Source: Escherichia phage vB_Ec-M-J
Direction: 5' to 3' (one strand)
Sequence record: OQ718158.1
DNA: 64,000 nucleotides
Shown here: in pieces, positions 1-12,299 of the stretch
Layout of the letters: each line of letters begins with the position of its first letter
Position numbering within the stretch: position 1 is the first letter of the stretch
The notes under the pieces: generated by a model
Told to the model about the DNA's origin: nothing
Database searches by the model: none
Seen by the model: the letters and a program-made list of their open reading frames with translations, nothing else
Made by a program: the position numbers and the translations under genes

Positions 1-2
1 CG

Positions 3-176
3 GTTGTGTCTATGTACAATGATGTGCAGCATGGAATTATCCCTGAAATTCTTCAAGATGGTCTAAATATTAACACAAAGATTCCAGCACAAGAGCCTGA
101 AGAGGTTGTTCAGCCTGAACCAGAACCTCCTATACGTAAAGTACTGGATCTGTCTGGCATCAAAATTAACATCTAA
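3..176 (+). CDS. hypothetical protein, 5'-truncated by window edge
   Basis: Frame +3 open from window start to TAA at 174-176; Pro/Glu-rich tail. Confidence 0.35.
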   Translation, partial: VVSMYNDVQHGIIPEILQDGLNINTKIPAQEPEEVVQPEPEPPIRKVLDLSGIKINI

Positions 177-198
177 AATACATTCAATAGGAGAAGTA

Positions 199-348
199 AT
201 GAGTAATCAAAAAATCGACTTAGTAGTAAAACTTCAAGAGATTCAAGCACTAGCTAAAGAACTTGATGAAAAACGTGCAGCAGCAGTTGATTCACTGTGT
301 GCAACAATTCTGACTGTTTTTGCAGATTACGAAAAGAAATCTGATTAA
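199..348 (+). CDS. hypothetical small protein
   Basis: ATG at 199 preceded by AGGAGAAG; hairpin terminator follows. Confidence 0.55.
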   Translation: MSNQKIDLVVKLQEIQALAKELDEKRAAAVDSLCATILTVFADYEKKSD

Positions 349-360
349 ACATTACTTTAT

Positions 361-388
361 ACCCAGTCTAGTACTGGGTATTTTTTTA
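361..388 (+). terminator. intrinsic terminator
   Basis: acccagtctagtactgggt hairpin followed by T7 run. Confidence 0.6.
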
Positions 389-398
389 AGGAAATAAA

Positions 399-791
399 AT
401 GACTGAATCAGAACTACATGAAATGATAGATTTCATTTATGAAATGATACAAGATAAAAATAACATCAATACAATTATTTCTGGTCCAAGACAAATTGGT
501 AATCAAATGACATATTCTTTATCTTTATGGATAAAACAGAACTACAAAGTTGATTGTTTGTATTTCCGTCCTGATATTGATGCTTATTATTTTGTCAATC
601 ATGATGCATTAATGAAACCAAATAAGCGTCCAGTTGATGATACCTTTGTGACACACCCATTTTACCTGGCTGATTCCGAAGAAGATGAGTTTCAAAAGAA
701 CACAACGTTAAGCCCAGGTGAAATTTGCATCCCTTACACACTAAAAGATAAAATGATTTACATCACAGAAGTTATGAAAACATGCTGGTAA
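399..791 (+). CDS. hypothetical protein (EE-FQ motif family)
   Basis: ORF with AAGGA SD; contains SEEDEFQKNT motif shared with dispersed paralogs. Confidence 0.65.
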   Translation: MTESELHEMIDFIYEMIQDKNNINTIISGPRQIGNQMTYSLSLWIKQNYKVDCLYFRPDIDAYYFVNHDALMKPNKRPVDDTFVTHPFYLADSEEDEFQKNTTLSPGEICIPYTLKDKMIYITEVMKTCW

Positions 792-839
792 GTGCAATGA
801 AACTCTGATATAATACAAATAATGATAATAGGAGGATAT

Positions 840-1058
840 ATGAAATTTATTAATTTTGATATTTCTAAGGTCAAAGAATTATTTGTAAGAAATGCAGTTT
901 ATGATATCATGTTACATAACGGTACTGTACAAGAAGATGTTGTATTGTTTTCGTTTGATGGTGAAAATCTCGAAACTATATATAAATTCAGCAACTTAGA
1001 TGGTGACTTTTGGGAAACCAGTGCTGTTAAAATGTATAGAATTAAAAAGGAGCAGTAA
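840..1058 (+). CDS. hypothetical protein
   Basis: ATG at 840 after AGGAGGA SD; track ORF 822 trimmed to SD-supported start. Confidence 0.6.
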   Translation: MKFINFDISKVKELFVRNAVYDIMLHNGTVQEDVVLFSFDGENLETIYKFSNLDGDFWETSAVKMYRIKKEQ

Positions 1059-1059
1059 T

Positions 1060-1548
1060 ATGCCAATTCGTGGTGTACCAGAACCATTAATGGAAGTTAT
1101 TAAGCATGTTCGCATTGGAGATCGAGAAGTTAATCTTCGCCGTAATAACATTTTTTACTTTAAAACTTCAGAAATGAGTTCTGTACAGATTGTCATTGGT
1201 ACATCTATTAAGATTACTCGTGTACTTGATGGTAGTACTGACTTCGTTGAATATAATGTACTTACTAATAAAGTAACGCATATATATAAATGGAGTGGGT
1301 ATAAAACTATTAAGTATGAATTTGACTTAGCTAGAACTGAAGAAGAACGATTTATGCTGAGTACTATCAATCCAGCAAACTATCCTGACCTTGATGCATT
1401 TTTGCTAATTTTAAAATTGTATAATGAAGCAAATCAGAAAGCCAAAGATTATGATAGAATCATGTATGAACGCCGAAAAGAACGTGCACAAAAAAGTTAT
1501 GATCTGTATGATAGCCCATACGTGAAATATAGTAAGGGGTCGAAATGA
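1060..1548 (+). CDS. hypothetical protein (EE-FQ motif family)
   Basis: ATG at 1060 after AAGGAG SD; TEEERFMLSTI motif. Confidence 0.6.
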   Translation: MPIRGVPEPLMEVIKHVRIGDREVNLRRNNIFYFKTSEMSSVQIVIGTSIKITRVLDGSTDFVEYNVLTNKVTHIYKWSGYKTIKYEFDLARTEEERFMLSTINPANYPDLDAFLLILKLYNEANQKAKDYDRIMYERRKERAQKSYDLYDSPYVKYSKGSK

Positions 1549-1949
1549 ATAAAGAAGTTCAAATTATCATAACTCCACCTATACAAAGTCTGGATGTATC
1601 CATTAGTGATTTTTTGGAAAAATACTATGAATGGTTTAATGAAGATTCAGTAATTTATAACCATTCATTACCTGATGGTTTCGTTGAGCTTATTGAATTA
1701 AATGCCAAATCACTATACTTCTGTGTTGAATACAATGATTATATGACAGATGAAGCATATCGTTTTCGTTGTACATTGTATCCTAACCATTTTTCCATTG
1801 GTTATAAAGACTATCAGTACTGCACCACAAACTATAGTGTAGAGGAAGAATTTCAGTACAATTTACTTTATCCTGATTTGGATTATACGATTGCAGTACT
1901 GTTGACTAAAATCATGGATTTTTATAAAGATAAATATAATGCAGCCTAA
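1545..1949 (+). CDS. hypothetical protein (EE-FQ motif family)
   Basis: ATGA overlap with upstream gene; VEEEFQYNLL motif. Confidence 0.6.
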   Translation: MNKEVQIIITPPIQSLDVSISDFLEKYYEWFNEDSVIYNHSLPDGFVELIELNAKSLYFCVEYNDYMTDEAYRFRCTLYPNHFSIGYKDYQYCTTNYSVEEEFQYNLLYPDLDYTIAVLLTKIMDFYKDKYNAA

Positions 1950-2124
1950 GACATTTGATGAGTGGTTTAATCTACACTATAATATAAATGCAGCAGATAT
2001 ATACTATTTTAAGCTTGAATTGTATATATCATTGCGTAACCCAATTGAGTACTATAACAACATTATCAATTGTGATGATTTTGGTACATATTTTAGTATA
2101 GCAGTCATGGACAAAATAAGATGA
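1939..2124 (+). CDS. hypothetical small protein
   Basis: 61-aa ORF overlapping neighbours. Confidence 0.45.
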   Translation: MQPKTFDEWFNLHYNINAADIYYFKLELYISLRNPIEYYNNIINCDDFGTYFSIAVMDKIR

Positions 2125-2294
2125 CACACAAAGAATGGTTAGATGAACTAAAATTTAAACATAATCCTTTTGGTTTTGGTATACGCCAAGGTCATTATGA
2201 TGTGTTAAAAGATAAACAACTTTTCAAATCATTTGTACTTGATGAGGATAGTAATCACTGGTACATCTATGAGCTTGCAATTAGGAAATAGAAG
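2121..2294 (+). CDS. hypothetical small protein, MTH(E/K)EW family
   Basis: 57-aa ORF, ATGA overlap; N-terminus MTHKEWLDEL similar to the tandem 54-aa genes at 3620-4106. Confidence 0.5.
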
Positions 2295-2301
2295 ATATAG
2301 T

Positions 2302-2651
<350 letters not shown>

Positions 2652-2664
2652 CGAGGAATCCAAA

Positions 2665-2862
2665 GTGACTAAAGCAGAACTTGTAGCATTATTGGAATCA
2701 TATCCCGATGATGCATGTATTGAAGTTGTTCATAGTGCGAGACATTTTGACATTGAAGATGTAGTACGTTATAATGATAAAGGTGTACTCATCATGGAAC
2801 TATGTATTGGTGAAATGAAAACTGTACCCGAATCAGAAAAACGTAAAAATAGTAAACCGTAA
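2665..2862 (+). CDS. hypothetical protein
   Basis: GTG start after ACGAGGAAT SD. Confidence 0.55.
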   Translation: MTKAELVALLESYPDDACIEVVHSARHFDIEDVVRYNDKGVLIMELCIGEMKTVPESEKRKNSKP

Positions 2863-2872
2863 GGAAAATAAA

Positions 2873-3091
2873 ATGGAATCTACTCTATTAGAAGTTATTA
2901 ACTCATTAAACGCTGGCGACAATGTTCAAGTACTCCTACAGGGATACCGTGTAAAAGGTTCAGTAGTTTTAGTTAATGACACCACTGTTGTTGTAACTGA
3001 AACTAACCCGTTTGACAGTAATGAACTTGCTAATATCCATATTGATATTAAAAGTATTATTGGTGTTGGTGTAACTAAACCACAAGAATAA
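2873..3091 (+). CDS. hypothetical protein
   Basis: AAGGAAAA SD then ATG. Confidence 0.6.
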   Translation: MESTLLEVINSLNAGDNVQVLLQGYRVKGSVVLVNDTTVVVTETNPFDSNELANIHIDIKSIIGVGVTKPQE

Positions 3092-3112
3092 CAATTGTTA
3101 TTGGGGATTACT

Positions 3113-3379
3113 ATGCATTTTGAAAAATTCAATACAAATCGTAACACACGCATTGACGTTCTTTATGAAACACAAGACTCAATAAGCATTCGTACACGTA
3201 GTGGTGATGTATATCATGACTGTACTATTGGTTGGGAACAGGGAAGAACACGTAGTGCAGAATTCGATAACTATCGCTTCTACCAAGGGGACACCACAAT
3301 CTGGCCTGAAGACGTAGAAGATATTGCGTTTGAAGATGAACATAAAGATGAATTTATAAAATTTAATCCCGAATCATAA
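3113..3379 (+). CDS. hypothetical protein
   Basis: ATG at 3113 after GGGGA; track start 3095 is TTG. Confidence 0.55.
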   Translation: MHFEKFNTNRNTRIDVLYETQDSISIRTRSGDVYHDCTIGWEQGRTRSAEFDNYRFYQGDTTIWPEDVEDIAFEDEHKDEFIKFNPES

Positions 3380-3396
3380 ATATTGGAACAGACTAT

Positions 3397-3512
<116 letters not shown>

Positions 3513-3516
3513 AAAT

Positions 3517-3602
<86 letters not shown>

Positions 3603-3619
3603 CAATTAAAGGTTAAACC

Positions 3620-3780
<161 letters not shown>

Positions 3781-3784
<4 letters not shown>

Positions 3785-3941
3785 CACATGAAGAATGGAT
3801 GAATGACATTAATTTTAGATATTCGGGTATCGGTAAATGGCTAAAGTATCATTGGGAATTCATTTCAGAGCCACATCTGTATGATAAACTTATCAACGAT
3901 CCAGCATATGAAATGTACTTAATTGAACTACTGGTACGAAT

Positions 3942-3945
<4 letters not shown>
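3781..3945 (+). CDS. hypothetical 54-aa protein, MTHEEW family copy 2
   Basis: Near-identical 5' half to copy 1; ATGA overlap. Confidence 0.55.
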
Positions 3946-4113
<168 letters not shown>

Positions 4114-4114
4114 G

Positions 4115-4536
<422 letters not shown>

Positions 4537-4540
<4 letters not shown>

Positions 4541-4565
4541 CTAAATAGTTCAGTACTGATATAAT
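4537..4565 (+). promoter_or_regulatory. sigma70-like promoter with cagtactg spacer
   Basis: TTGACT-N17-TATAAT. Confidence 0.6.
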
Positions 4566-4569
4566 GAAT

Positions 4570-4910
4570 TCCACAATCAGACGTATATGGTGTAAGTTAC
4601 GTCGATGTAATCCAGAACAAGATCTCTGGTACTCTAGGAAGTGGTGAATGTTAACCTAGACGGGTTTGATAATTGGACGATAGGCAATTATTACTTGACT
4701 AGCAGGTTTAAACTAGAGGTGACAGTCCTTTACCAAACTGGAAAACCGGATGGACTTTTATTTAAAAGGGTAAGGCGTGGAAATATGTTTACAGTAGTTG
4801 CTTTTAGTAGCCTGTACGCCCCACGTCAAGGTAGCCGAAAGGCAAGTTAAAACGGGTGGTTATAAAGCTGAATTAACAGCGGCGTTTAAAAGCGTCACCA
4901 TCCATTTTTT
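4570..4910 (+). ncRNA. candidate structured non-coding RNA (about 340 nt)
   Basis: Promoter-proximal, locally GC-richer, no convincing ORF, ends in T8 run. Confidence 0.3.
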
Positions 4911-4928
4911 TTAATTAAAGTTGGTGAT

Positions 4929-5568
<640 letters not shown>

Positions 5569-5572
5569 CAAA

Positions 5573-5730
<158 letters not shown>

Positions 5731-5755
5731 CAAAAAAAAACAATGAGAGGTATAA

Positions 5756-6253
<498 letters not shown>

Positions 6254-6254
6254 T

Positions 6255-6286
<32 letters not shown>

Positions 6287-6330
6287 GATTCCCGATTCAG
6301 TAGTTTTAAAGCAGACCCGTATGTGCCTAT

Positions 6331-6422
<92 letters not shown>

Positions 6423-6441
6423 AGAGGTACTTCGAGTATGC

Positions 6442-6493
<52 letters not shown>

Positions 6494-6582
6494 TCAGTAC
6501 TACTTTTTAATTGACATATCATTGGATGAGGTGTAATATGGTTCAAGAAGAAAACTGGGGTTTTTAACACAAAGAGGCCAAT

Positions 6583-6725
<143 letters not shown>

Positions 6726-6726
6726 A

Positions 6727-6766
<40 letters not shown>

Positions 6767-6882
6767 TCAGGTCGATTAGTTAAAAGAGTATAACACGGAC
6801 CTTGTAAGTCTGAATAATCAGTGCAATTCTGATATTGACCTCAAAAATGATATTTTTCTTACATATAAATACTCCATAATAT

Positions 6883-7290
6883 ATGGAGAACTATATGAAA
6901 GAAAAACGTTATTGTACATGTTGTAAAATTGAATTGGTTCGAAAGGGCCAAACAAAATATTGTAGTGTTGCATGTCAACAAGAGCTACAATATCAACAGA
7001 AAGTTGATAAATGGCTTAACGGTGAACATCCTGGATATAAAGGTATTACCATACAGTTATGTCCATTTGTGAGAAGATATCTACATGAAACACGCGGAAC
7101 TGCATGTGAAGAATGTGGATGGGATAAACGTCATCCAATAGATGGTGCAGTACTGACAGAAGTTGAGCACATTGATGGTGATGCTACAAATAATGACCTA
7201 CCAAATTTAAAAATCCTTTGCCCTAATTGTCATTCGATGACACCAACATTCAGAGCAAGGAACAAGAACTCCGCAAGGAATCGTAAATAA
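6883..7290 (+). CDS. HNH homing endonuclease
   Basis: N-terminal Cys cluster plus EVEHIDGD...NN...LCPNCHS HNH motif. Confidence 0.75.
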   Translation: MENYMKEKRYCTCCKIELVRKGQTKYCSVACQQELQYQQKVDKWLNGEHPGYKGITIQLCPFVRRYLHETRGTACEECGWDKRHPIDGAVLTEVEHIDGDATNNDLPNLKILCPNCHSMTPTFRARNKNSARNRK

Positions 7291-7306
7291 TTTTTTAAGG
7301 TACAAT

Positions 7307-7726
7307 ATGACATACAACATTGTTAAAATGGTGAACTACGTATTAAAAAACAACGCATGGTCACTGCATGATGTACAATTAGAAGATATTGGTGAAGTTA
7401 GAGTTTTTTGCTATGATGACGATTTGAACGAAACCACAGATTTGAGTAAATGTTTTAATATTTTTCTTGGTTATGAAATCGATAATCATTTTTATTCATT
7501 TGATGTGTATGTTGAACGAGTTAAAATCAGAATTTCTAATGTAAATAGTGATTATTTTGACACTATTATGATTGAATTGAATTTTGACGATATTGATACT
7601 GAAGAAAAATTCTTTCAGTACTGTCTCGTAAACGATCTAAATGGATTGACATTTGAGGACATTAAAGCTATACTTATAGTTCAAAGATTAATTCCAGAAG
7701 AGGTTATAAATCCCTTTAATGACTAG
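7307..7726 (+). CDS. hypothetical protein (EE-FQ motif family)
   Basis: TEEKFFQYCLVNDLNGLTFEDI motif; paralog of next gene. Confidence 0.6.
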   Translation: MTYNIVKMVNYVLKNNAWSLHDVQLEDIGEVRVFCYDDDLNETTDLSKCFNIFLGYEIDNHFYSFDVYVERVKIRISNVNSDYFDTIMIELNFDDIDTEEKFFQYCLVNDLNGLTFEDIKAILIVQRLIPEEVINPFND

Positions 7727-8078
7727 TTTAATAACTCGTATAATGCAAGATGTTCGTAAGAATCTTCATACTGGTAATTTTGATGATCCTAACATAAAAA
7801 TATTATGTTATGATGTATTCACACTGGTACACCCATCTGAATCTAATAATATATACATAGCATATACTTCTCCTAATATTTTGTATCAATTTGACTTATA
7901 TAGTACAATGGCTAAGATAACATTAGATGTTTCTAAGGAGCCATTTTTTATAGCAGTACGTGATTTTGAGTACACAGAAGAGTCATTATTCCAGTACTCA
8001 ATGATAAATGACATTGGTGACTTGACATTAGAAGAGATAAATGTTATAGTTGGTATGTGTCGTTTGATTAATCCATAA
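7719..8078 (+). CDS. hypothetical protein (EE-FQ motif family)
   Basis: TEESLFQYSMINDIGDLTLEEI motif; overlaps upstream gene by 8 nt. Confidence 0.6.
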   Translation: MTSLITRIMQDVRKNLHTGNFDDPNIKILCYDVFTLVHPSESNNIYIAYTSPNILYQFDLYSTMAKITLDVSKEPFFIAVRDFEYTEESLFQYSMINDIGDLTLEEINVIVGMCRLINP

Positions 8079-8091
8079 CTCGGAGCTTAAT

Positions 8092-8283
8092 ATGTTTTTG
8101 AATTTGTTATGCTTATTTGGTCGTACATTGGTTCTTGCTATTATTCATACACCTGGTATTCGTAATTATGTTTCTTATGAATTTAAGAAAAATTACCACA
8201 ACAATACTGAAGTTCGTGCAACTAAGATGTGCAAAGACTTCAATGGAGATGTTCCACCATTCAAGAAGTACGAGGATGAATAA
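8092..8283 (+). CDS. hypothetical protein
   Basis: GGAG SD; TAATG coupling to next gene. Confidence 0.5.
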   Translation: MFLNLLCLFGRTLVLAIIHTPGIRNYVSYEFKKNYHNNTEVRATKMCKDFNGDVPPFKKYEDE

Positions 8284-8567
8284 TGGAATTTATTGTTGCA
8301 CCTGATGAACTAAAAACATTCACGTTCCGAGACAATAACAATTATCCTTATACAAATCATTCATTGAATTCATTGCATGTTATTTCAATCATTGCATCTG
8401 AATACAGAGACAATCCATGTATTGATTTTAAAACCACTGATGGTGAATATACATGGGTAGTTCCGAACGATAAATACAGTTATCAGGGTGCAGTAGAGAT
8501 CCGCGACTCGATTCTAAAGCAAATCGAAGATGGACATACTCATCCTAAACTAAACATTCAGTACTGA
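8283..8567 (+). CDS. hypothetical protein
   Basis: TAATG overlap start. Confidence 0.55.
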   Translation: MEFIVAPDELKTFTFRDNNNYPYTNHSLNSLHVISIIASEYRDNPCIDFKTTDGEYTWVVPNDKYSYQGAVEIRDSILKQIEDGHTHPKLNIQY

Positions 8568-8726
8568 AATCGTTTAACCGGATAGCTTCTAGTCGGTACT
8601 GAATTCCTCCTTTTGTCTAGAAGCTATCACTCTTTTAAAGTATAATGATATCACCCTCATGGTTCATTATATTCGTTACCCTCTAACAGTATCTTTTTAT
8701 TCCTCTTTGATACTGTATTTTAGAAG

Positions 8727-8756
8727 TTGACATTTTTACTTCTACTGTGTTATACT
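8727..8756 (+). promoter_or_regulatory. sigma70-like promoter
   Basis: TTGACA-N18-TATACT. Confidence 0.5.
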
Positions 8757-8759
8757 TAA

Positions 8760-8795
8760 GGCTGATTCATTATGAATCGGCCTTTTTTCTTGTGG
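8760..8795 (+). terminator. hairpin plus T-run immediately downstream of promoter (attenuator-like)
   Basis: ggctgattca..tgaatcggcc stem followed by TTTTTTC. Confidence 0.4.
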
Positions 8796-8806
8796 GGATT
8801 AATGTA

Positions 8807-9223
8807 ATGAATAAAGAAGTTATTAGTTTAATGGATGAGTATATCAACCAAACATATCGTTTTATATTTTTTAATGCATTTGAGTCCAGGACAACGTATC
8901 ATTCTGGTGAATATGAGATAATAACTGGATCATTTCTTAACGGATACATGGAGTTTTTAGAACAAAGCGATAATGTTTTCATTTCCATATCTGAAAAACA
9001 TGGTGATGATTATGTTATTGATGTATGGCCTAATAAAGTAGAGATTGACACTACAAAGAAAATTGTAATTGATGTGGACGAATCATTGTATGATTTAACT
9101 GAAGATATGTATATGCAACTAAATTTCGTATACGATCTAACTAACATAAGTTATTCTAATCTAAGTAAATTATTTTATATTTGTGGTGTACTACATAAAA
9201 ACGTACAACAAAATAAAGGATAA
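8807..9223 (+). CDS. hypothetical protein (EE-FQ-like motif)
   Basis: ATG at 8807 (MNKEV); track ORF 8747 trimmed; TEDMYMQLNFVYDLTN motif. Confidence 0.55.
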   Translation: MNKEVISLMDEYINQTYRFIFFNAFESRTTYHSGEYEIITGSFLNGYMEFLEQSDNVFISISEKHGDDYVIDVWPNKVEIDTTKKIVIDVDESLYDLTEDMYMQLNFVYDLTNISYSNLSKLFYICGVLHKNVQQNKG

Positions 9224-9234
9224 ACATTTAAATG

Positions 9235-9263
9235 TTGACAATTGACAACATAAATGGTATCTT
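9235..9263 (+). promoter_or_regulatory. sigma70-like promoter
   Basis: TTGACA-N17-TATCTT with TG extension. Confidence 0.4.
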
Positions 9264-9295
9264 TGAAATTGCCAGAAACCTACGAGGAATATGAT

Positions 9296-9703
9296 ATGGT
9301 CAAAATTTTAAGTGACAATGCGGTTGATATTGTCATTGATGTACTTGAAAACAGTAATACATTTGAGAAGAAACACAGTACTGTATACTTCGGTAAAGAT
9401 TGTTGGCTGAACTATACATCTGATAGTTCATTTATAATTCGTGTTGAGAAGGGTGATATTGGATTAACGATACATGCTTCCTATACTAAAACAATCACTG
9501 TTATTGCCAACAAGCCAAGTACTTCTGATTTCTGGGATAGAATTGATGATTGTGACCATTTCATGTCAACATTCTATAAAACAGAAGAAGAACATTTCAT
9601 GGATAGTACTGTCAAAGAATTAGCTATTCCATTTAAACTTATGAAAGCAGCAAGAGATTTTATTTTAAAATACAAAAAAATAGGAGTTGATGATGCAATT
9701 TAA
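9296..9703 (+). CDS. hypothetical protein (EE-FQ motif family)
   Basis: ATG after ACGAGGAAT; KTEEEHFMDSTV motif; alternative start at 9254. Confidence 0.5.
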   Translation: MVKILSDNAVDIVIDVLENSNTFEKKHSTVYFGKDCWLNYTSDSSFIIRVEKGDIGLTIHASYTKTITVIANKPSTSDFWDRIDDCDHFMSTFYKTEEEHFMDSTVKELAIPFKLMKAARDFILKYKKIGVDDAI

Positions 9704-10139
9704 TGGTAAGGTTTCTAAAGTAGGTTTAGTTTTTGAAAATTGTGAGTTCATTGAGATTGATGTAAAGAATGTTTTATGGATGCATATTGCTGACGTGAAA
9801 ACTCTTTGTAGTCGTTTTTCCAACGGTCTAACTATTAGTACTGGTATTGGTGAGTTCGGTATTGCATTGCGTAGTGATACTCCATCGGATTTCATGGATA
9901 ACTCTACACTGTTAGACCGTTTAAAAATGCGTGATGTTACACACGTTTATCTTTATGATACTAATGGTGTTGAACAGCGTTATGTAGTTGAATGGGCTAA
10001 TTATAACCTTAGTGATCAATATTCAGTAAACCAGCGTGTTCAACTCACCCCTGGTGGTAATATTGTGTTTGTTAGTTCAACTGGTAAATTAATCAGTGTA
10101 GATGATGAAAGTATTGATCTATTCACTTCATATAACTAA
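9690..10139 (+). CDS. hypothetical protein
   Basis: AGGAG SD; overlaps upstream stop. Confidence 0.6.
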   Translation: MMQFNGKVSKVGLVFENCEFIEIDVKNVLWMHIADVKTLCSRFSNGLTISTGIGEFGIALRSDTPSDFMDNSTLLDRLKMRDVTHVYLYDTNGVEQRYVVEWANYNLSDQYSVNQRVQLTPGGNIVFVSSTGKLISVDDESIDLFTSYN

Positions 10140-10150
10140 TACGAGATAAT

Positions 10151-10570
10151 ATGAAAACAATCAAAACACATTTCAAAGATACATGGACAGAAGTAAGTAC
10201 TGGTAATATTCAAGATATTTTATACAGTACTGAAACTATTCATGTATATGATGAAGAGACAGCAGCCGAGCAGTTAAAGGTATTGCATCGTAGTGTAGGT
10301 GAACACACCGAGTACGGTGTCAAACATACTCGTGAATTGGTAAGTACTGATCATATTGACACCCGCACTGTAAATCTATCAAAAGAAGAAATGTTTGATT
10401 TTATTCTAAACAATACTTTAGCAATTCAACCAGATGGTTCACTATACAGTAAAACAGATGGTACACAAGTTCGTAAAAAGTACAATGTGACCATCAATGA
10501 TACGGTGATGTCTGGATATGATTTAGTTGATGCAATCAACGAGTACGTTTCTATGCAGAGGTTGAAATGA
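10151..10570 (+). CDS. hypothetical protein
   Basis: 139-aa ORF. Confidence 0.55.
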   Translation: MKTIKTHFKDTWTEVSTGNIQDILYSTETIHVYDEETAAEQLKVLHRSVGEHTEYGVKHTRELVSTDHIDTRTVNLSKEEMFDFILNNTLAIQPDGSLYSKTDGTQVRKKYNVTINDTVMSGYDLVDAINEYVSMQRLK

Positions 10571-10932
10571 TTAATCTGATATATTTTACAATTATTTGTT
10601 GCATTACTATTGTACTTTGTCGTCTAATTCATGTATACTCATATCATAAAGCGTTGAGAATCGAACAAGAGATTTACAACGAAAACCGTGAGCCAGAGCC
10701 AGAGAAGCTACCCCGCTCACCATATGCATTGAAGCGTGAGATGCATTCGGAGAGTAAGAAGTGGGGTTATGCAATAACCAAGCATGGTTATATCTACACT
10801 GCTGCAAATGGCTATTTTCAAATTCACCATGATCTTTCAGTTGCGATTGGAATTTTATGGGAAATGGAGGATATAGGTGGTTATGAGCGTACTAAATTCC
10901 CAAACTTACAAAATGATCCAGGAACTTCATGA
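10567..10932 (+). CDS. hypothetical membrane-anchored protein
   Basis: ATGA overlap; hydrophobic N-terminal helix. Confidence 0.55.
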   Translation: MINLIYFTIICCITIVLCRLIHVYSYHKALRIEQEIYNENREPEPEKLPRSPYALKREMHSESKKWGYAITKHGYIYTAANGYFQIHHDLSVAIGILWEMEDIGGYERTKFPNLQNDPGTS

Positions 10933-11086
10933 AGAACATGATATAATTGTAGATGTAGAAAAGAAGGAAGTTGTTATGAAGAAGCAAGCATACCGCATCT
11001 TAGACAACTTCTATCTTAAGGCATTTATAATGAAGTTCTGTGCAGACGAGCACTTAACAGGACGTGTTATACGCAAGGAGTCGTAG
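10913..11086 (+). CDS. hypothetical small protein
   Basis: ATG at 10913 overlapping upstream gene end. Confidence 0.4.
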   Translation: MIQELHEEHDIIVDVEKKEVVMKKQAYRILDNFYLKAFIMKFCADEHLTGRVIRKES

Positions 11087-11428
11087 ATGGACATGAGTTC
11101 AACAATTCAGTACTTGAGCGAGAATTTTGTCAAAATCATTTCACGTGGTGGTATGATTGTGCATCCTGAAACTGAAGATATGTATATCATTCGTTTTGAT
11201 GCAAATTCTTATGATCAAGTACTTGTTGTTTCGAAATTAGTAGGTTATAATGAAGTCGTTCAGTTCTGCTGTACCGAGTTCGGTATCTATATTAAAGATG
11301 CAGAAACCAATGAGATTTCACATTATTTTTATCACACACTGATGGGTACTAAAGATTTTGGATTGAAATTCAATGATTTAGTACAATGTCACTATATGTT
11401 TAAAACATACCCAGCATCTGGGAAATAA
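11087..11428 (+). CDS. hypothetical protein
   Basis: AGGAG SD then ATG. Confidence 0.6.
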   Translation: MDMSSTIQYLSENFVKIISRGGMIVHPETEDMYIIRFDANSYDQVLVVSKLVGYNEVVQFCCTEFGIYIKDAETNEISHYFYHTLMGTKDFGLKFNDLVQCHYMFKTYPASGK

Positions 11429-11439
11429 GGAGTAACAAT

Positions 11440-12255
11440 ATGAGCAACATTTTCTTCAAAACCATTTCCTTCAAAAAAGAATCTTACTCTTACGCTTATG
11501 TAGATGGTAAAGTACTCAATATCGTTCTAGATGGTGTTGATGTGCCTGTTCAATTTACCAGTCATCAAGAAGCGATTGAGGGTGCTCAAGAGCTTAACAG
11601 CTTACTAAATGGTATTGAGAAGAAACCTGAAGTTAAATCTGACCTTGATTTATTGGTTGACAAAATTAAAAGTGGTGAACTATTATCAATTCTAGACCAG
11701 TGTAATGAAAAATTACGTGGTGTTGTTGGTGATGTACGTACTACAGTTCAAGATCGTCTACTTGAGCAAGCATTCAAAGAAGTTACTAAGAAAACTGAAG
11801 AACGTGTTGAAGGTATGATTAAAAACATTGATGACGTTCTCACTCATATGTTCACCAAGCCATACGAATCAAGTACTGATTCTGAAGAGAAACAAGAAGA
11901 ACCAGTAGAACGCACCAAGCCATCTATTGTTACTAAAGTTAAACATAGTTTTGGTTCACTGGATGATGTATTTGGCTTTACAAATGTACGTGTTAGTACT
12001 GATGAAAAACCAGAAGTTGATGAAATGCTAATTGGTGACATGACAACTGGACAACTCAAAAAAGAGATTGATACCTTTGTTAATGAACTAATTAGTTCTG
12101 AACGTGCTGAAAATATGTTTAGCAGTATTTCAGCAAACTTCGGTAAAGAAGCAACTGAGCAAGCAGTACAGGCATTCAAAGATTTGATTTACACTGTTGC
12201 AATTGCTAATCCAGAACAAACACTGGAAGAAGTTCTACGTAAAAACTTCAAATAA
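11440..12255 (+). CDS. hypothetical acidic protein
   Basis: 271-aa ORF with AAGGAG SD; followed by terminator. Confidence 0.65.
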   Translation: MSNIFFKTISFKKESYSYAYVDGKVLNIVLDGVDVPVQFTSHQEAIEGAQELNSLLNGIEKKPEVKSDLDLLVDKIKSGELLSILDQCNEKLRGVVGDVRTTVQDRLLEQAFKEVTKKTEERVEGMIKNIDDVLTHMFTKPYESSTDSEEKQEEPVERTKPSIVTKVKHSFGSLDDVFGFTNVRVSTDEKPEVDEMLIGDMTTGQLKKEIDTFVNELISSERAENMFSSISANFGKEATEQAVQAFKDLIYTVAIANPEQTLEEVLRKNFK

Positions 12256-12261
12256 GATATA

Positions 12262-12298
12262 GATAAAAGAAAAGCCACTACAATGTAGTGGCTTTTTT
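12262..12298. terminator. bidirectional intrinsic terminator
   Basis: gccactacaatgtagtggc hairpin flanked by A-run and T-run between convergent genes. Confidence 0.65.
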
Positions 12299-12299
12299 G

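Noticed and set aside
899-1370. Minus-strand ORFs 899-1087 and 1155-1370
   Set aside because: They overlap SD-supported plus-strand genes, have no ribosome-binding sites, and oppose the local gene polarity.
4641-4850. 69-aa plus-strand ORF in the track
   Set aside because: No Shine-Dalgarno site, lies inside a GC-richer structured stretch, and the product looks compositionally unlike neighbouring proteins; treated as part of a candidate ncRNA.
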